NCBI GenBank assembly: GCA_015680685.1
Contig: MNCI01001083.1
Span: 363,989-427,988, forward strand
Origin: Gnetum montanum
Taxonomy: Eukaryota; Plantae; Gnetophyta
Length of the DNA: 64,000 nucleotides
Direction: 5' to 3'
Below, piece after piece: positions 51,461-64,000 of this stretch. Numbering within the stretch: the first letter of the stretch is position 1; each line of letters opens with the position of its first letter. Position numbers and translations under genes: made by a program. The notes beneath the pieces are model-generated. The model was given only the letters and a program-made list of their open reading frames with translations, was not told the DNA's origin and did no database searches.

Positions 51461-53839
51461 TTAGGATCCTTATGTGATCCCTCCTTTTTGATGATGTTCA
51501 AAATAGAGAAGAATTTTTTAGCTATCAAAATTTGACAAATCTTGTTATGAACATGGTTAAGGATATCTTGTTGTACATGGTTATGGATATATCAATAGTT
51601 GTATGTATTGAGGATTGTTTGGACATGGTTATGTACTATCATTTTGATATTATGAAGAGAACTTTTTGCCTTGGATAATATCTTGGAGGTTTTTTTTTTC
51701 TCTACCTTGTGCCTTGAACCCTAGAGCCCTATCTTAGTGATAACCTTGGGTACCATCAAAATTTAAATGTCTTAAAGTATTTTTATTGCTTACTATCATT
51801 TAAATTGCATAATTACTAACCTATTTTATTAAGCTTAGTACATCACCAAAAAGGAGAAGATTTTTGACCTTTTGGTATGCGAAAACCTTAAGGAAAAAGG
51901 AGAACAAAGAATGCTTTCTATGGATGATGTGTTTACAAGTCATGAATAAGAAATCCACATCATGAATAAGGACTCAAGAAAATGAAATCTATAATAGCTT
52001 GTCAAAATGGAGACTTTACAGGCAAGATGAGAGCATGGAAATATATGTATGAAAACAAAGACTACAAACTAGATGAAGATGCTCCAAGGATTGAAAAGAA
52101 GCCAAATCAATGAGAGAAAGCCTTAGGAATCAAAGCTCAATAGTTAACGAGACATCTCCAAGAAACAGTAGACATCTTAGATGAGAAGAATGAATTCATA
52201 AGAAGACATATTCAAGAAACAAGAAACATACTCATTGCATAGTGTACATCTCCCTAGAGATGTTCCATTCTCCAAGAAGACACCTCTCCAAAAATGAGAC
52301 ATATTTTAGGTAGAAATTGCAACTTTGAAAGAGATGTTTACACTAGCCATTGGGTAGCCATTACACAAATTCCAAGGCAATTTCAAAAACACTAAAGCTA
52401 TAAGAAGACACCAAATTCTTGGGAATTGAGCAAGCATTGTTAACATCAAACCTATCATTGTCTATTCTATGTTATTGTACTTATGTACTTCATTTGTCAT
52501 ATCATTTGCTTAATTGTTTGTAGAACTATGCTTCAAAGTAGAAGGCATCCATTTTGAGCTTATCAAGATTGTACAGGATTGAGTTGTTTTGCAACGCCAA
52601 AACACTCTAAACTAGAGCTCAATTTTGTATAGGCTGTGGAATCCTCTAAACCACATTTGAGCTTGTTGTGACCTTGCAGGATTGAGATATTTCACAATGA
52701 TGAAACTCTCAGTAATAGAGCCCAAATCTTATAAAGGTTATGGTGTCCTCTAAACCACATTTTGCAAGAAAAAAAGTCCAGAGCTATGCAAGGAATTTAC
52801 CCTCCCATGTGGACTACCCAAGTTGGAGAATCATGTAATTTTTGGTGTGTTTTGTGTAACACGTTTGACTTAAAATTGGGGAACTTATTCAATCCCCCTT
52901 CTAAGTTCTCAATCCCTAAATCCTAACAATAAGTACATGAGTTTCGAATGTATAGAGCAAGCTATGAATGAACATTCATTGCCCTTAGGTTAGCTTAGGA
53001 TTTATTTTATTATTAATTAATTAATTAATTAATTAATTTCTATATTTCTATCTACTTTAGCAATAGCCACACAACATCAATGATCATATACCTTACCTTG
53101 GACTAAGTCATATATGATAGAGCTACTACTAGTCCAAGTAGAAAGATAGCATCCTATTATTAATGTTGCCAATCTAGTTACCACACTAGTCTCATCCATA
53201 GATTATGACATGGTCTACCATAATACTTGTAGATTGGATGGTTATGCATTGGGTCTACTCTACCACTCATCAATGGGTATGTAATGGTAACAATGTACAA
53301 AGATTTCAATATGTATATATTAATAAAAACTAACATAAAATTTTAAGTTGAGTGACTCATGACAAGAATTATTTAACATAAAAGAATCAGAGTTCAATTT
53401 TGAGTGAATCAATTCTAACCAACATGTACTATTAGAATTTTATGGAATAAATTTCTTTTTTTAAAATGAAAAATATTTTGTAAATATTTATATGAGTTAT
53501 ACAAGCTACCAATGTTATCTCTCGGGAATTATATAGAAGACATGTTCAAGTTATATAAATATTGGATGCATTTGCTATACTTAGGATTTACTGATACTAA
53601 AATATTGTATAGAAATTCATTAGTATGAGAAATCCTTTGGTTCTACACAAATGTAATAATATATTAGTTTTAGCTTTAGTATTAATTGAAAAAATAGAAA
53701 GGTTATTTTAGCCAAATAACATATATAAATTGTAAATATACAACTAAACTAGTATTAGAAAATTTATGGGTTAAGTTTTAAAAGTAAAAAGATGTAAATA
53801 ATGAGGAGCATATTATATTTTGCAAAGTAACTACAGAAT

Positions 53840-55090
53840 TTTATAATAGAAAAGTAGTAGTAATAATGGATGAGAAAATTTATGATGGGAAAATTTTAGA
53901 ACTTCTAGCTTCCATTGGCTATAAAAGAATAGAAAATGTTCCAATTTTAAAGATTATAAGAAATGTAAGAAAAGCTATAATGGAACCTAATTCATTCAAT
54001 GAGAAGACTAAAAAATCATTTACTTCTATCCATTATCATCCCTTGCAAATATATGATGCCCCTGATATTAATAAAAGTGATGTTTCTCTTAGATCTATGG
54101 TTGATACTAGTGAGGACCGAGCTTCTAGTACCCAAAATTAAAAGCAAATCCTTCAAACATACATAAACATTTGGAAATGAAAAAGAAAAACTCTTTATTC
54201 TTATTGGAAAATGAAATAGAAATACAAAATTTTGTAAGTAAATGCCTAGGATAGACAAGTGATCAACATCTAATACAATATACTCCTACACAAATTAGCT
54301 ATGAAGCCTTATAACAATAGATGCTCAAATGGAGCTCAACATCACTCTCTTCATACTTCTCTCATCCTTACCTAAATGGATGTCCAAGAGGTCCATTTAT
54401 ATTATTTTCTTATGGCATCACTCTTTGAAATTCCAAATTAAAATTTTAAGACCATTAGAATCCATACAATAACATCCCATGGTTGGACAAGATTTCTTTA
54501 GAGAAGAGAATATGTCACACTTAAGAGAAACTAGTTCATATGAAAGGCATCATTTAGATGGTGTAGACATCTTAGGCTTAAAGGAGATGTCTTGCAACTG
54601 ATGTATGTGTCTTTCTAGAGTTATAGGCTTCTACAAGAGACAACTAGCTTGTATGATAGATTTCTATACTTTAGACAAGATGACTTGTCTTAGGAGGAGG
54701 CATCTATTCAAATATAGCCGAAAATAAGGATGTTCATTTTGAGGTATGGAATATTCAAACATCTTTAAACAAGTTCCCATTAACTTTGGGGCCTCTTAAC
54801 TAATCAAAATAGCCCCAAAACTCTCCCAAACATGTTAAAATACTCAAAAACACAACGAGATATGTCAAACTCCTTAACATTATAGTTTTTAATCTTATAA
54901 GTTTGAATTTTTATTTTTTTTACTATTCTACTATATCAAAGATAATCAATTTTAGCAATAGAATTCAATAAGTATTAATTTTCTTGTTGAGTTCTATGTA
55001 TCATAAGAAATGGCGATAGCAGTGGAAATTAACATTAATTATATCAATCTTCATAGCGGCTACAATATAAATTGATACCATAGATTTTTG
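53840..55090 (+). mobile_element. Penelope-like element remnant (RT N-terminus 53840-54140; possible GIY-YIG C-terminus 55007-55075)
   Basis: KVVVIMDEKIYDGKILELL..GYKRI..PILKI and LQIYDAPDINKSDVSLRSMVDT resemble PLE motifs TVIMD...Y..K...LL and YGLPKIHK.DVPLRPIV; AVEININYINLHSGY resembles EA.EI....NRD.GY. Confidence 0.6.
54260..54878 (-). repeat. Probable old LTR fragment inserted in the PLE remnant
   Basis: Minus-strand TATAAAT ~54395, AGACATCT/AGATGTCT motifs 54560-54710, candidate TGTTAAG start; no TSD. Confidence 0.35.
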
Positions 55091-56779
55091 AAGAGGAAAA
55101 ATCTTGCAAAGAAATGAAGATATTAATTTTAGTTTTTAGGCGATCTAAATCAAGTATTAATGATTCCAAAAATCATGATACAATTTGATAACTCTACAAT
55201 TGATTAGTATTGAATTTTTCAATGCCAATCAATTCCCAAAATGCTTATTATTCCTAATTATTGTAAATCCTTTTAAGCATAAATAAGAAGCTCATATATA
55301 AGTGAAGGGAATGCCAAATTTAAGAAAGAACTCATGCCAAATTAAATTCTTCTTATTTGTACAAGAAATTGTTAAGGACGATTGTTAACACCTCATGGTA
55401 ATCAACAACCATTGATGTTATTAAGGCTATGAAGTTGTTACATTATGAAGGCAACAAAGCATGGTCATAGATTAGGTGATGTATCCTTTGTAATCTTATG
55501 ATATTTGTGATATATTTATGTATTTTCAATTTGGTTTAATCAATTATTTTCATCTTTGAACTTAATATTAGAAGTTAGGATGAGGGATTTTTAATTTTAC
55601 TTATGAGTGATAGTCATAAGTGTGGAGTTTTTAATTCAATTCAAGTCATATTGTTTATTGTCTTGATGATCTTTTTGTCTATGGAACCATTCCTCCACGA
55701 ATATGAATCATGAGTTAGTCACAAAGAAAGTGACAATTTTACAAAGGAGATAATTGTTAAGGTAATTCAACACCAAACTTTGGTTGGCTCATCAATTTTG
55801 CATCATTGTCGAGGAGGCTAGTAGAGTTAATCATCATCAAGGGTTCTATACATTTTCAAATTTACTTTGTAAATTTAGTATATTTCAACAAGTACACCAT
55901 ATTTTTCTTTATATTTAATTTCATTTTATTGTATTTCCTTTTGTTAAGTAGGTTTAGAAATGGTTTCTTTCAATTTTTTATTATATTAAAAAGTTTTAAA
56001 ACAAGGAAAAACTACAAATTCAAGAATCAACCCCTCTTAATGCCCAAACTACTAATATCATAAGGAAATTTGCAATTAAGGCATCAATTTCTAGGGTAAT
56101 TAAATCAATTTGTAGAGTCTTAGGATTGGTTGTCCACAAATGTGATGAGGAATGTGATTGTTAAATGAAACCAACAAAGCAACCTAAAACCCCAACATGA
56201 ATTTAACCTCCTAGGAATACCATTAGCCTTTATAAATGTACACAAACTAATTTAAGACAATATCAAGAGGAATAAAGACAACCAAATCCAATTCCTTTTT
56301 CCTCTTTTGAATAGCAACATTCTAATAACAAGGGAGATTCAATAGAGATGGGAAGGATACAATTCAAATTTTTCACATCTTTTAATCATCTATTCAATAT
56401 TCCAACCAATACAATGCAAACTATAAGTTCAACTATGGTGGTAGGTTTCCAAAATCAAAGTTTTAAACAAATACTAAATAATGTAACCACAATGGAAGGA
56501 ATCACCCAACCTATAAATACCTTAAATCTGCAAATTTCAATTACATCAGTAGCCTCTATTTCTCTAAGTCTAATTGTAACCCCAATAGTAACTTCTACTT
56601 TTACAATTGGATGTCCTTCAAAACATACACCTCCTTCACTTTTTTTTGTTCAATTCCTTGTTCCTTTAATAGTTTAGGTTCTAATATTCTAATTGAACAT
56701 TCCTACTAAGGATAAACTCTTGGGATTTATCAAATTAAAGGACATCAATCATACCTCAAGGACTATTAGTTTTTCCACA

Positions 56780-59700
56780 AGGTAGAGATGTAGAGGTTAA
56801 AAATATTAACTCATTACTTATTTTTAAGGAAACAAATGATGAAGATTCAATCATTCACATAAGAGAATTTGAAACCATGTTAGCAATGTTAGCATCTCAA
56901 AGTGGGGATAGAACCAAAATGATTACTTTTAATTCAACCTTGAAAGATAAATCTAATTTTTGGCTACAAACCCTTAGGACATACATTAGTTCATGGGATG
57001 AATTCAAGGCCACCTTTCTCCAAATATTTCTCTCTAATTATAGGTTGTATTCATTAAGGAAGAAACTAATGAGTTTTATGCAATAAGAAGATGAGAATTA
57101 TGAGAGTACTTTTGATAGGTTTAAGGGGTTATGTTTAAAGAATCCTAATCATGGATTTCTAGCTCATCAAATTATTTAAATCTTTCTAAAAGGTCTATTA
57201 CCATATTATAGACAAAATGTTGACTTTGCATGTGGTGGAAATATATTGAATATGGCACTAGAAGACAACTGAAGAATAATAGATTCATTAGCATATCAAA
57301 GTAAGAGATGGTCAAAACCCATCATCATGTAAGGCGTGACCCAACAAACTGAATAATTAAATAAAAAAGTGGATGAGTTGACACAGTTTATAAAGAAACA
57401 AGCTCATGTGATGTAAAGTTAAGAATGTGTCCATTGTGGTCACCTACAACGTGATTACACCACTTACCTATCCATATCATATTTTCATGAGGAAGTGCAA
57501 GAATCAGTTAAGGCTTTTCAACAATATAGAAGCCAATGAACAATCACTATCCCATAGTGACCACCATTGCAACAAAAATATCCTCAAAATAATTTTAGAC
57601 CATTTAAGAGCCCAACTAATGAGCATTTGGATAAACTTACTCAAAGTCTTACTTCCTTCATTGAAGAAAGTAGGCAATTCATGAGTGAAATAAGGATAAT
57701 ATTTCAAGACTTAACAAAGAATAAATTACCTTCTCAACTAAGCCAAATCCTACATCTCAAAGAAAGGGTAACGAACAATTGCATTTCATCACTACTAGAA
57801 GTGGAAAGACCATTGAGCCTAGATCCCAAAAAAAGGTTAGATTTTAAGAAGTTGAGATACATGAAAAAGTTCAACCATAAGTATTGAATGAAGAGGAAAA
57901 CAACTAGTCAATAAGAAAAAGAGAACAACCATTAGCCTTTTCTCCTTTGTCTAGAAAAAAAACCTTACCTCCTTTTCCTAAACAATTTCAAGAGGACTTT
58001 ACAACCAATACCCATATAGAAAAAATGTTCAATGAATTATATTTGCATATTCCTTTGGAACAAGTTGTCAAGGACACACGTCTTTATGTTAGGTACTTAA
58101 GGTAATTATGCACTAAGAGAAGGAAAGAAAATATTGCTAGGAAAGTTTATTTGGTTGATAATATGCCTTAACTTATAAAAATCCATGAAGTTCCAAAATA
58201 CTAAGATCCATGAATTCCTATAATTCTAATTAAAATAAATGGATAGAATATTAAGAATGCCCTATTGGATCTAAGAGCTAGTATCAATATCATGCGACTT
58301 GAAATGCCTCGGTCACTTCATTTGAAGGATATAAGAAAGGTAAACATGAAAATATCTTTGGCTAATGGTTCTAATGTAAAACCTATAGGAGTAGTGGAAG
58401 ATTTAATAGTAGAGGTTAAAAGAGAAAATTACACTGTTGATTTTGTAGTGTTGAAAGTAAAGGATCCATATTGTTTTCCCATCATACTAGGTAGACCTTA
58501 GTTAGCAACAACTAATGCAGTAATCAATTATAGATCAAGTAAACTCCAATTATCTTTTACTAATCTTACTTTTATGCTTAACATACATGATAAAGCAAAA
58601 GAGGACCAATTGAATCAAGATTCAAAAGAAGAGTGCTTTATACAATACCCACTTCAATAATGGCACAAGATAGGAAAATATTGATATTAAATAATTTGGA
58701 GGAAGGATCTTTAAACCCCTCTACAAAAGAACAACAAGATCTCCTTCAACAAATTTTGAATTTGGGATCAAGAAATATTGTAGAAATAATTCAACCACCT
58801 AATAATGTTTCTTTGGATCTTAGAGAATCACCTACTACTCTTAGGTACATTTTCCTTTATCATAATAAACTATTAATAATAAATTTCCAACTTTCTGATG
58901 ATTTAGAAGCAAAATTATTAGAAGTTTTACATAGGAAGTCTATGGCATTTGCATGGAGTTATGAGGACCATCATCAAGAAATCTCACCCAACATCTGCCA
59001 ACATCAAATCTATCTAGAAGATAATGTGAAACCAATAAGAATTCCCCCTAGATGAATTAATCCAGATTTAAAACAAATAGTTGATGATGAAATTTCTAAA
59101 CTTTGGAAGGAAGGAATCATTTACCCAGTAGTCAATAGTGAATGGGTAAGTCTTATTAATATAGTTCCAAAAAAATTTGAAAATGGAGAGTTTGTCTTGA
59201 TTATAGGAAGCTTAATCAAAACACAATGCAAGATCATTTTCCTTTACCTTATATAGACTAAATTTTAGAGAAATTACAAGGACATGAGTATTATTTTTTT
59301 TTGGATGGGTTTAGTGGTTACAATCAAGTAGCCATTGCACCTGAGGAACAATATTTACATATCCATATGGAACTCTTACTTATCAATGGATGCCTTTCGA
59401 CCTTTGTAATGCACTTGCTACCTTCCAAAGAGTAATGATATCAATATTCTTTGATATGTTAAAAGACTATGTGGAAGTATTTATGGATGATTTTTCTATC
59501 TATGGGCACACATAAGAACAAACATTACAACATTTAGAATGTGTTTTAGATAGATTTATTGATAAAAATCTAAAATTAATTTGGGCAAAGAATCATCTAA
59601 TGGTTACAAGTAGAATAGTCTTAGGACACCTTATCTCTAAGGATGGAATAAAAATGGATGAGGAAAAAGTAAAAGTAATATCTACATTCCCATCTCCAAC

Positions 59701-61645
59701 TAATTTAAAGATTCTTTGAACCTTTCTAGAACATGCTAGATATTTCAAAAATTGCTAAACTTCTTTACATTCTCCTAGAAAAAGATGTTTCTTTTGTATA
59801 GAATGATGATTCTCATGAAGCATTTTCAGAACTAAAGAAAAGAGTAACCACCACTCCTACAGTTGATACACCCAATTGGGATTTTCCATTTGATTTAATG
59901 CATGATGCTAGTGACACCATTTTAGGGGAAATTTTAAAACAATATATAGATAATAAGCCATGAGTCATCTATTATGTGTCTAACAGTTTAGATTAAGCCT
60001 AAGTAAATTATATAACCATGGAAAAAGAAATTTTAGCCATTGTATATGCTTTGGATAAATATAGACATTACTTAATAGGATATAAAACTATAGTTTATAC
60101 TAATCATTCAACCATTATATTTTTAACTAATAGAAAATAGAAAATGCTAGAATAATAAGATGGTGCCTATTTCTCCAAGAATTTGTCCTAGACATTTTAC
60201 ATAAAAGGGGTAGAGAAAATGTTGTAGAAGATAATCTTTCTAGATTAGAAACAAGGGATGAAAATAGGACAAAAGGAGTATTCCATGATGAATTCTCTAA
60301 TGAAAAACTCTTTTCCATAAAGAAGGATCCATGGTTTGCTAATATAGGAAACTATCTTGCCATAAGGAAAACTCCAACACAATGGAGTAAGGAGGAAAAG
60401 GAATATTTTTTAAGAAACATCTCTAAATAAATTTGGAATGAACCATACCTATATAGAATATGTAAATCTAATGTAGTAAGGAGATGTGTGGCTGAAGATG
60501 AACACCAAGAAATTTTACATATGTTCCATGTGACCTTGGAGATGGACATTTCAATAGGAGATGCACTACTATCAAAATTTTGCAAAGTGGATTTTATTAA
60601 CCTTCACTATTTAAAGATGCACATAAATTTGTCCAAGAATTTCATAAATTCCAATGAATAGGAGTCATAACTAAAAGATAAGAAATTCCAAAAAAACTAA
60701 TTTTAATAATTGAACCATTTGATGTGTGAGGAATAGACTTTTTAGGATCATTTCCATCATCTAATGGATGTCAATACATTTTGGTTTGTATTGACTATGT
60801 TACTAAGTGGGTAGAATCTAAAGCCATCCCAATAAATGATGTTAAAGTAATGGTAGTTTCCTTAGAGAAAATATTCTAACATAATTTAAAACTCCACAGG
60901 TGATCATAAGTAATCAAAAAACTCATTTTGTAATAAAAATAATGAAACTTTTCTCAAGTCATATGGAATTCAACATAAAATAGCTACTACCTATCATCCT
61001 CAAACAAATAGTCAAGTAGAAAATGCAAATAGAATCATTTTAAAGATATTAACAAAAACTGTATATGCTAAAAAGAAAGATTGATTAAAAAAATGATAAG
61101 ATGCACTTTGAGCTTATACAATTACATATAAACCAAATTTAGGTTATTCACCTTATCAATTTGTTTATGGTAAACAATGTTTATTGCCCATTAGAATCAA
61201 ATACCAATCTTTATGATTAGCACAATAATTGAGTTTTGATGAAAAAACAGATCGTGACTCTAGAATGATTCAAATACATGAACTTAATGAAATGAGGTTG
61301 AAAGCCCTTGACAAGAACAAAATCATTAAAAAAAATTAAGAGTATACATGATAAAAATTTTGAAGAAACATTTTTCAATAGATGACAACGTTCTTTTGTA
61401 TAATATGAGATTACACAAATTTCTAGGTAAGTTAACAACTCAATGGAAAGGCCCTTATCTAGTGGTACAACCCCATAATAATGAAAGTTTCTTAATTTCA
61501 CGTATTGATGATTCATCAACTATATTTATAGTCAATGGACAAAGACTTAAGTTATATCATCAACATCACATTTGAGGAATCAGAGAAAATGAACTAGTAG
61601 AGCTAAATGAACCAACCTATTCCAAATATGATGAAGAAAATTAAA
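56780..61645 (+). pseudogene. pol: Degenerate gag-pol of element G
   Basis: TLKDKSNFWLQTL..ISSWDEFKATFL (gag), ALLDLRASINIM and PIILGRP (PR), FLDGFSGYNQV, VFMDDFS (RT), DASDT (RH), GIDFLGSFP, QWKGPY..VNGQRLKLY (INT). Confidence 0.93.
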
Positions 61646-62883
61646 CAAGTTAATTAGAAGTCCAAGCCATGGGTAGTACCCTTCAGTAAGAGTCCTACGT
61701 TATATTGTAATATAATAAATAGAGTATTTTAGTATATGAATTTTTCATTGAAAAATGTAGAAGACAATAGTAAATTCTATTATCAGTTAGCACTTTAAAG
61801 AATTCATTACCATCGTGTCTAGAATGAAAGGAAGAAGGACAACTTCCTCTACCTTGAGATAGGTTAGTTAAAATCCAAAATCCTTCTAAGGGTGAGCCTT
61901 AGATTAATAAACTAATAAATTATGTCAATTATTTTCTTTTTATTCTATCCACTATTCTTTAAGTTTCTAAGTTTCATGATCATTGGAATAATAACCAAGT
62001 TTGAATTATGAGAATTTATGAATGATCCTATTAATTATCTTTTTGATAATTCAATATGGAGAACAAGGTGTTTCATATTTGGACTAGCCATAAAGATGCC
62101 TTTCGCATGAGAAATGTCATTAAATCAAGTGAGCCATCATCACATATGTTCAAAGAGAAATTTTTCTCCCACAAGAACATCATGATTGGAGAGGGCCAAT
62201 TTGGTTTAACCAAAAAAATAAAAATAAAAATAAAAGCCACTCTAAGTCACAAGGTCCCATAAGAACCTTCAATCATGAGTAGGGCCACACTCACACAAGA
62301 ACCTTACTGTTGGAGCAATGCTCATGGCTCACACTTTTTAGCATCCCTCAACAACCTTCTTCTGTAAGCAGAGTGCTTGAAGACGGCAAAATCATTTTTC
62401 ATATTCATTTTCTTAGCTATCATCTTTTACCTAGGATATGACACTAGACTAGATGAATTGACTTATCCTATTAGGTATTCTACTACTGCCCTTCATTTTT
62501 ACTCAATTCCATTACTTGCCTTATTTTGTTCCTTTCTTCATGCTACTTTTGACCTTAAAGATTTTTCTATTTTTGCTTCTCTCTTTCTTCTTATCTTCCA
62601 TATCTTTCTTTTTGAGATATCATCTCTTCTATCTAGTGGTACTTTTAGTACATAGGTCTAAGATGTGTTTCCCATTATGCCCTCCATAGGTGTCTGTGGT
62701 TGAGATCCCTACTATTATGGATACTAGTGGTTGTAAGACCTAAGGCTACCACTACACTATATATAATACCCATGGCAATTTTTTCTTTCTGGTATATCCA
62801 TTTGACCAACTTGTTTTCAATTATTTCCTATATTTCTACTAATTAACCTAGGTATGATACATGTCCTAGTTTAATTAGGAGGG

Positions 62884-63812
62884 TGATGAGTGGTGAGGTA
62901 TCCCTACACTTAACCATACAAAACGAGCGTAGCAAGCACGATTCGGTCAAACTCTGCACACTAAATGCCTACACGCCCCATGGAACACTTGGGGTTAATC
63001 ATTCGTTGTCTTCCCAGACTTACTTGTAGTTGTCACGGTGTATGGTTAAGTAAGTCCAAGGTATATGATTTTTATAGTCTTTTATGTGTTTTTCTCCTAT
63101 GCTAAGAGTGAAGGGTTGAGAAACTAACTAACTCTAACTAAGGACTAAGTCTAAATTAACTAGAATCAGCATCTGTTCCCACTTACCGTACACACCCTGA
63201 ACTATGCAACTGTGGCTACCAAATGCTAATCGTTACTAGGATCACCACACATAACGCACATGCTCGAAGTGGTCGTACTGAGGCACTTAACTAGCCTAAA
63301 CGTAATGAGCAGCAGATTCCTTGACTAGTCGTACACATCCTTAGATGCTTGTAATCAAGTCGTACTCATTCCGCATTCTGGGAGTTGAGGGTGAGAGAAT
63401 CTAATCATGATGAGTAGCTGATTCCTTGATTAGCTGTACACATTTGTAAATGCTCGTAATCAAGTCGTACTCATGTAGCACTATTGAAGGGTAATAAATA
63501 ACAAGTAGGAAATAACATGTAATAAATAAAAAGTAATAAATCATATTCCATGCACTGTAAGGTTTATCCACAAAGTTCATCTTTATTGCTGTACACAACT
63601 TGCGCTCAAGTACAAAGCTGCTTGAATAAAGATCCGTTCACTTGGGGACTCCTACTGCGGGCACATGGAAAATATTCTATCTCTGGAGTGATCAATATGC
63701 CAGAGTTTCCCTACTTCTAGCCTAGGATGGAAAATAAGGGGAGTTCTACCTCTTATTTATAGATTTGGCGACGGACCGCGATATCGCGGCTCATGCAAAT
63801 CACGTCTCATCA
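62884..63812 (-). mobile_element. Solo LTR of the A/E family
   Basis: TGATGAG...CTCATCA flanked by perfect 5-bp TSD GAGGG (62879-62883, 63813-63817); no PBS/PPT. Confidence 0.92.
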
Positions 63813-64000
63813 GAGGGGATAACCAACTTCAAATGAATAGGATTCTAGGGTATAACCAACATTGAAGCTAGTTTAAGAGTAAGATAAAAAATATGTTTGA
63901 TGCAAGAAATGCATCTTGGATTCTTAGAACATAGGAAAATTCAATACCTTGAGTTTATAAGACATTCTTGCACCAAATGAAGCAAACCCTGTGAGGTGAT

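Larger units (their letters stand above)
47066..52918 (+). mobile_element. Sirevirus (SIRE)-like Ty1/copia element without pol (element F)
   Basis: LTRs 47066-48250 and 51862-52918, decayed Met PBS gtcgtactggagc, PPT aaaaggagaagat plus an upstream second PPT-like tract (~51490), TSD AATCA/AATCC. Confidence 0.85.
46562..53272 (+). repeat. Old Athila-family 3' LTR (46562-47065 + 52924-53272) split by the Sirevirus-like element
   Basis: PPT-like agttgtaagggta|tcatgaa; both parts align colinearly with 33698-34725; ends CTCATCA. Confidence 0.7.
55200..64000 (+). mobile_element. Older Athila-like element (element G), 3' end outside window, 5' boundary approximate
   Basis: LTR end GGCTCATCA at 55794 followed by decayed tRNA-Asp PBS TTTTGCATCATTGTCGAGGA; gag-pol follows. 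Confidence 0.85.

Noticed and set aside
55090-55520. Hammerhead ribozyme expected near a Penelope terminal repeat
   Set aside because: No CTGANGA...GAAA core with stems found by eye; the region fits the LTR of element G better

Overview
Eukaryotic (land-plant) heterochromatin-type window made almost entirely of nested, decayed retrotransposons. No intact host gene, RNA gene or CRISPR array was seen. From left to right: (1) 3' part of an Athila-like Ty3/gypsy element (+), with pol, a long non-coding spacer, a ~1000-codon accessory ORF that has its own promoter/intron, and a 3' LTR at 7859-8802. (2) An Ogre/Tat-like gag-protease-only element (-, ~8803-18615) with a ~185-200 bp-period palindrome array. 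(3) A full-length Tekay-like chromovirus (-, 20235-30236) carrying an antisense, intron-containing Plant Mobile Domain-like pseudogene. (4) A CRM-like element (-, ~30500-36269). (5) A full-length Athila-like element (-, 36581-45958). (6) A pol-less Sirevirus-like copia element (+, 47066-52918). (7) A Penelope-like RT/GIY-YIG remnant (~53840-55090). (8) Another Athila-like element (+, ~55200-64000) with a solo LTR inserted (62884-63812, TSD GAGGG). All reading frames are broken, mostly by CG/CHG deamination. The most interesting pattern is that several families carry their own CpG-centred palindrome (CGTCGACG, GAGACGTCTC, CCACGCTGG/CCAGCGTGG, CGATATCG, reconstructed by reversing deamination) in the LTR U3. 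In three families the same motif recurs internally: in front of the accessory ORF in two, and as a 3' array in one. This hints at family-specific regulatory or anti-silencing circuits. Lineage names rest on motif recognition by eye, not database searches. Several duplications next to single N bases look like assembly artefacts.
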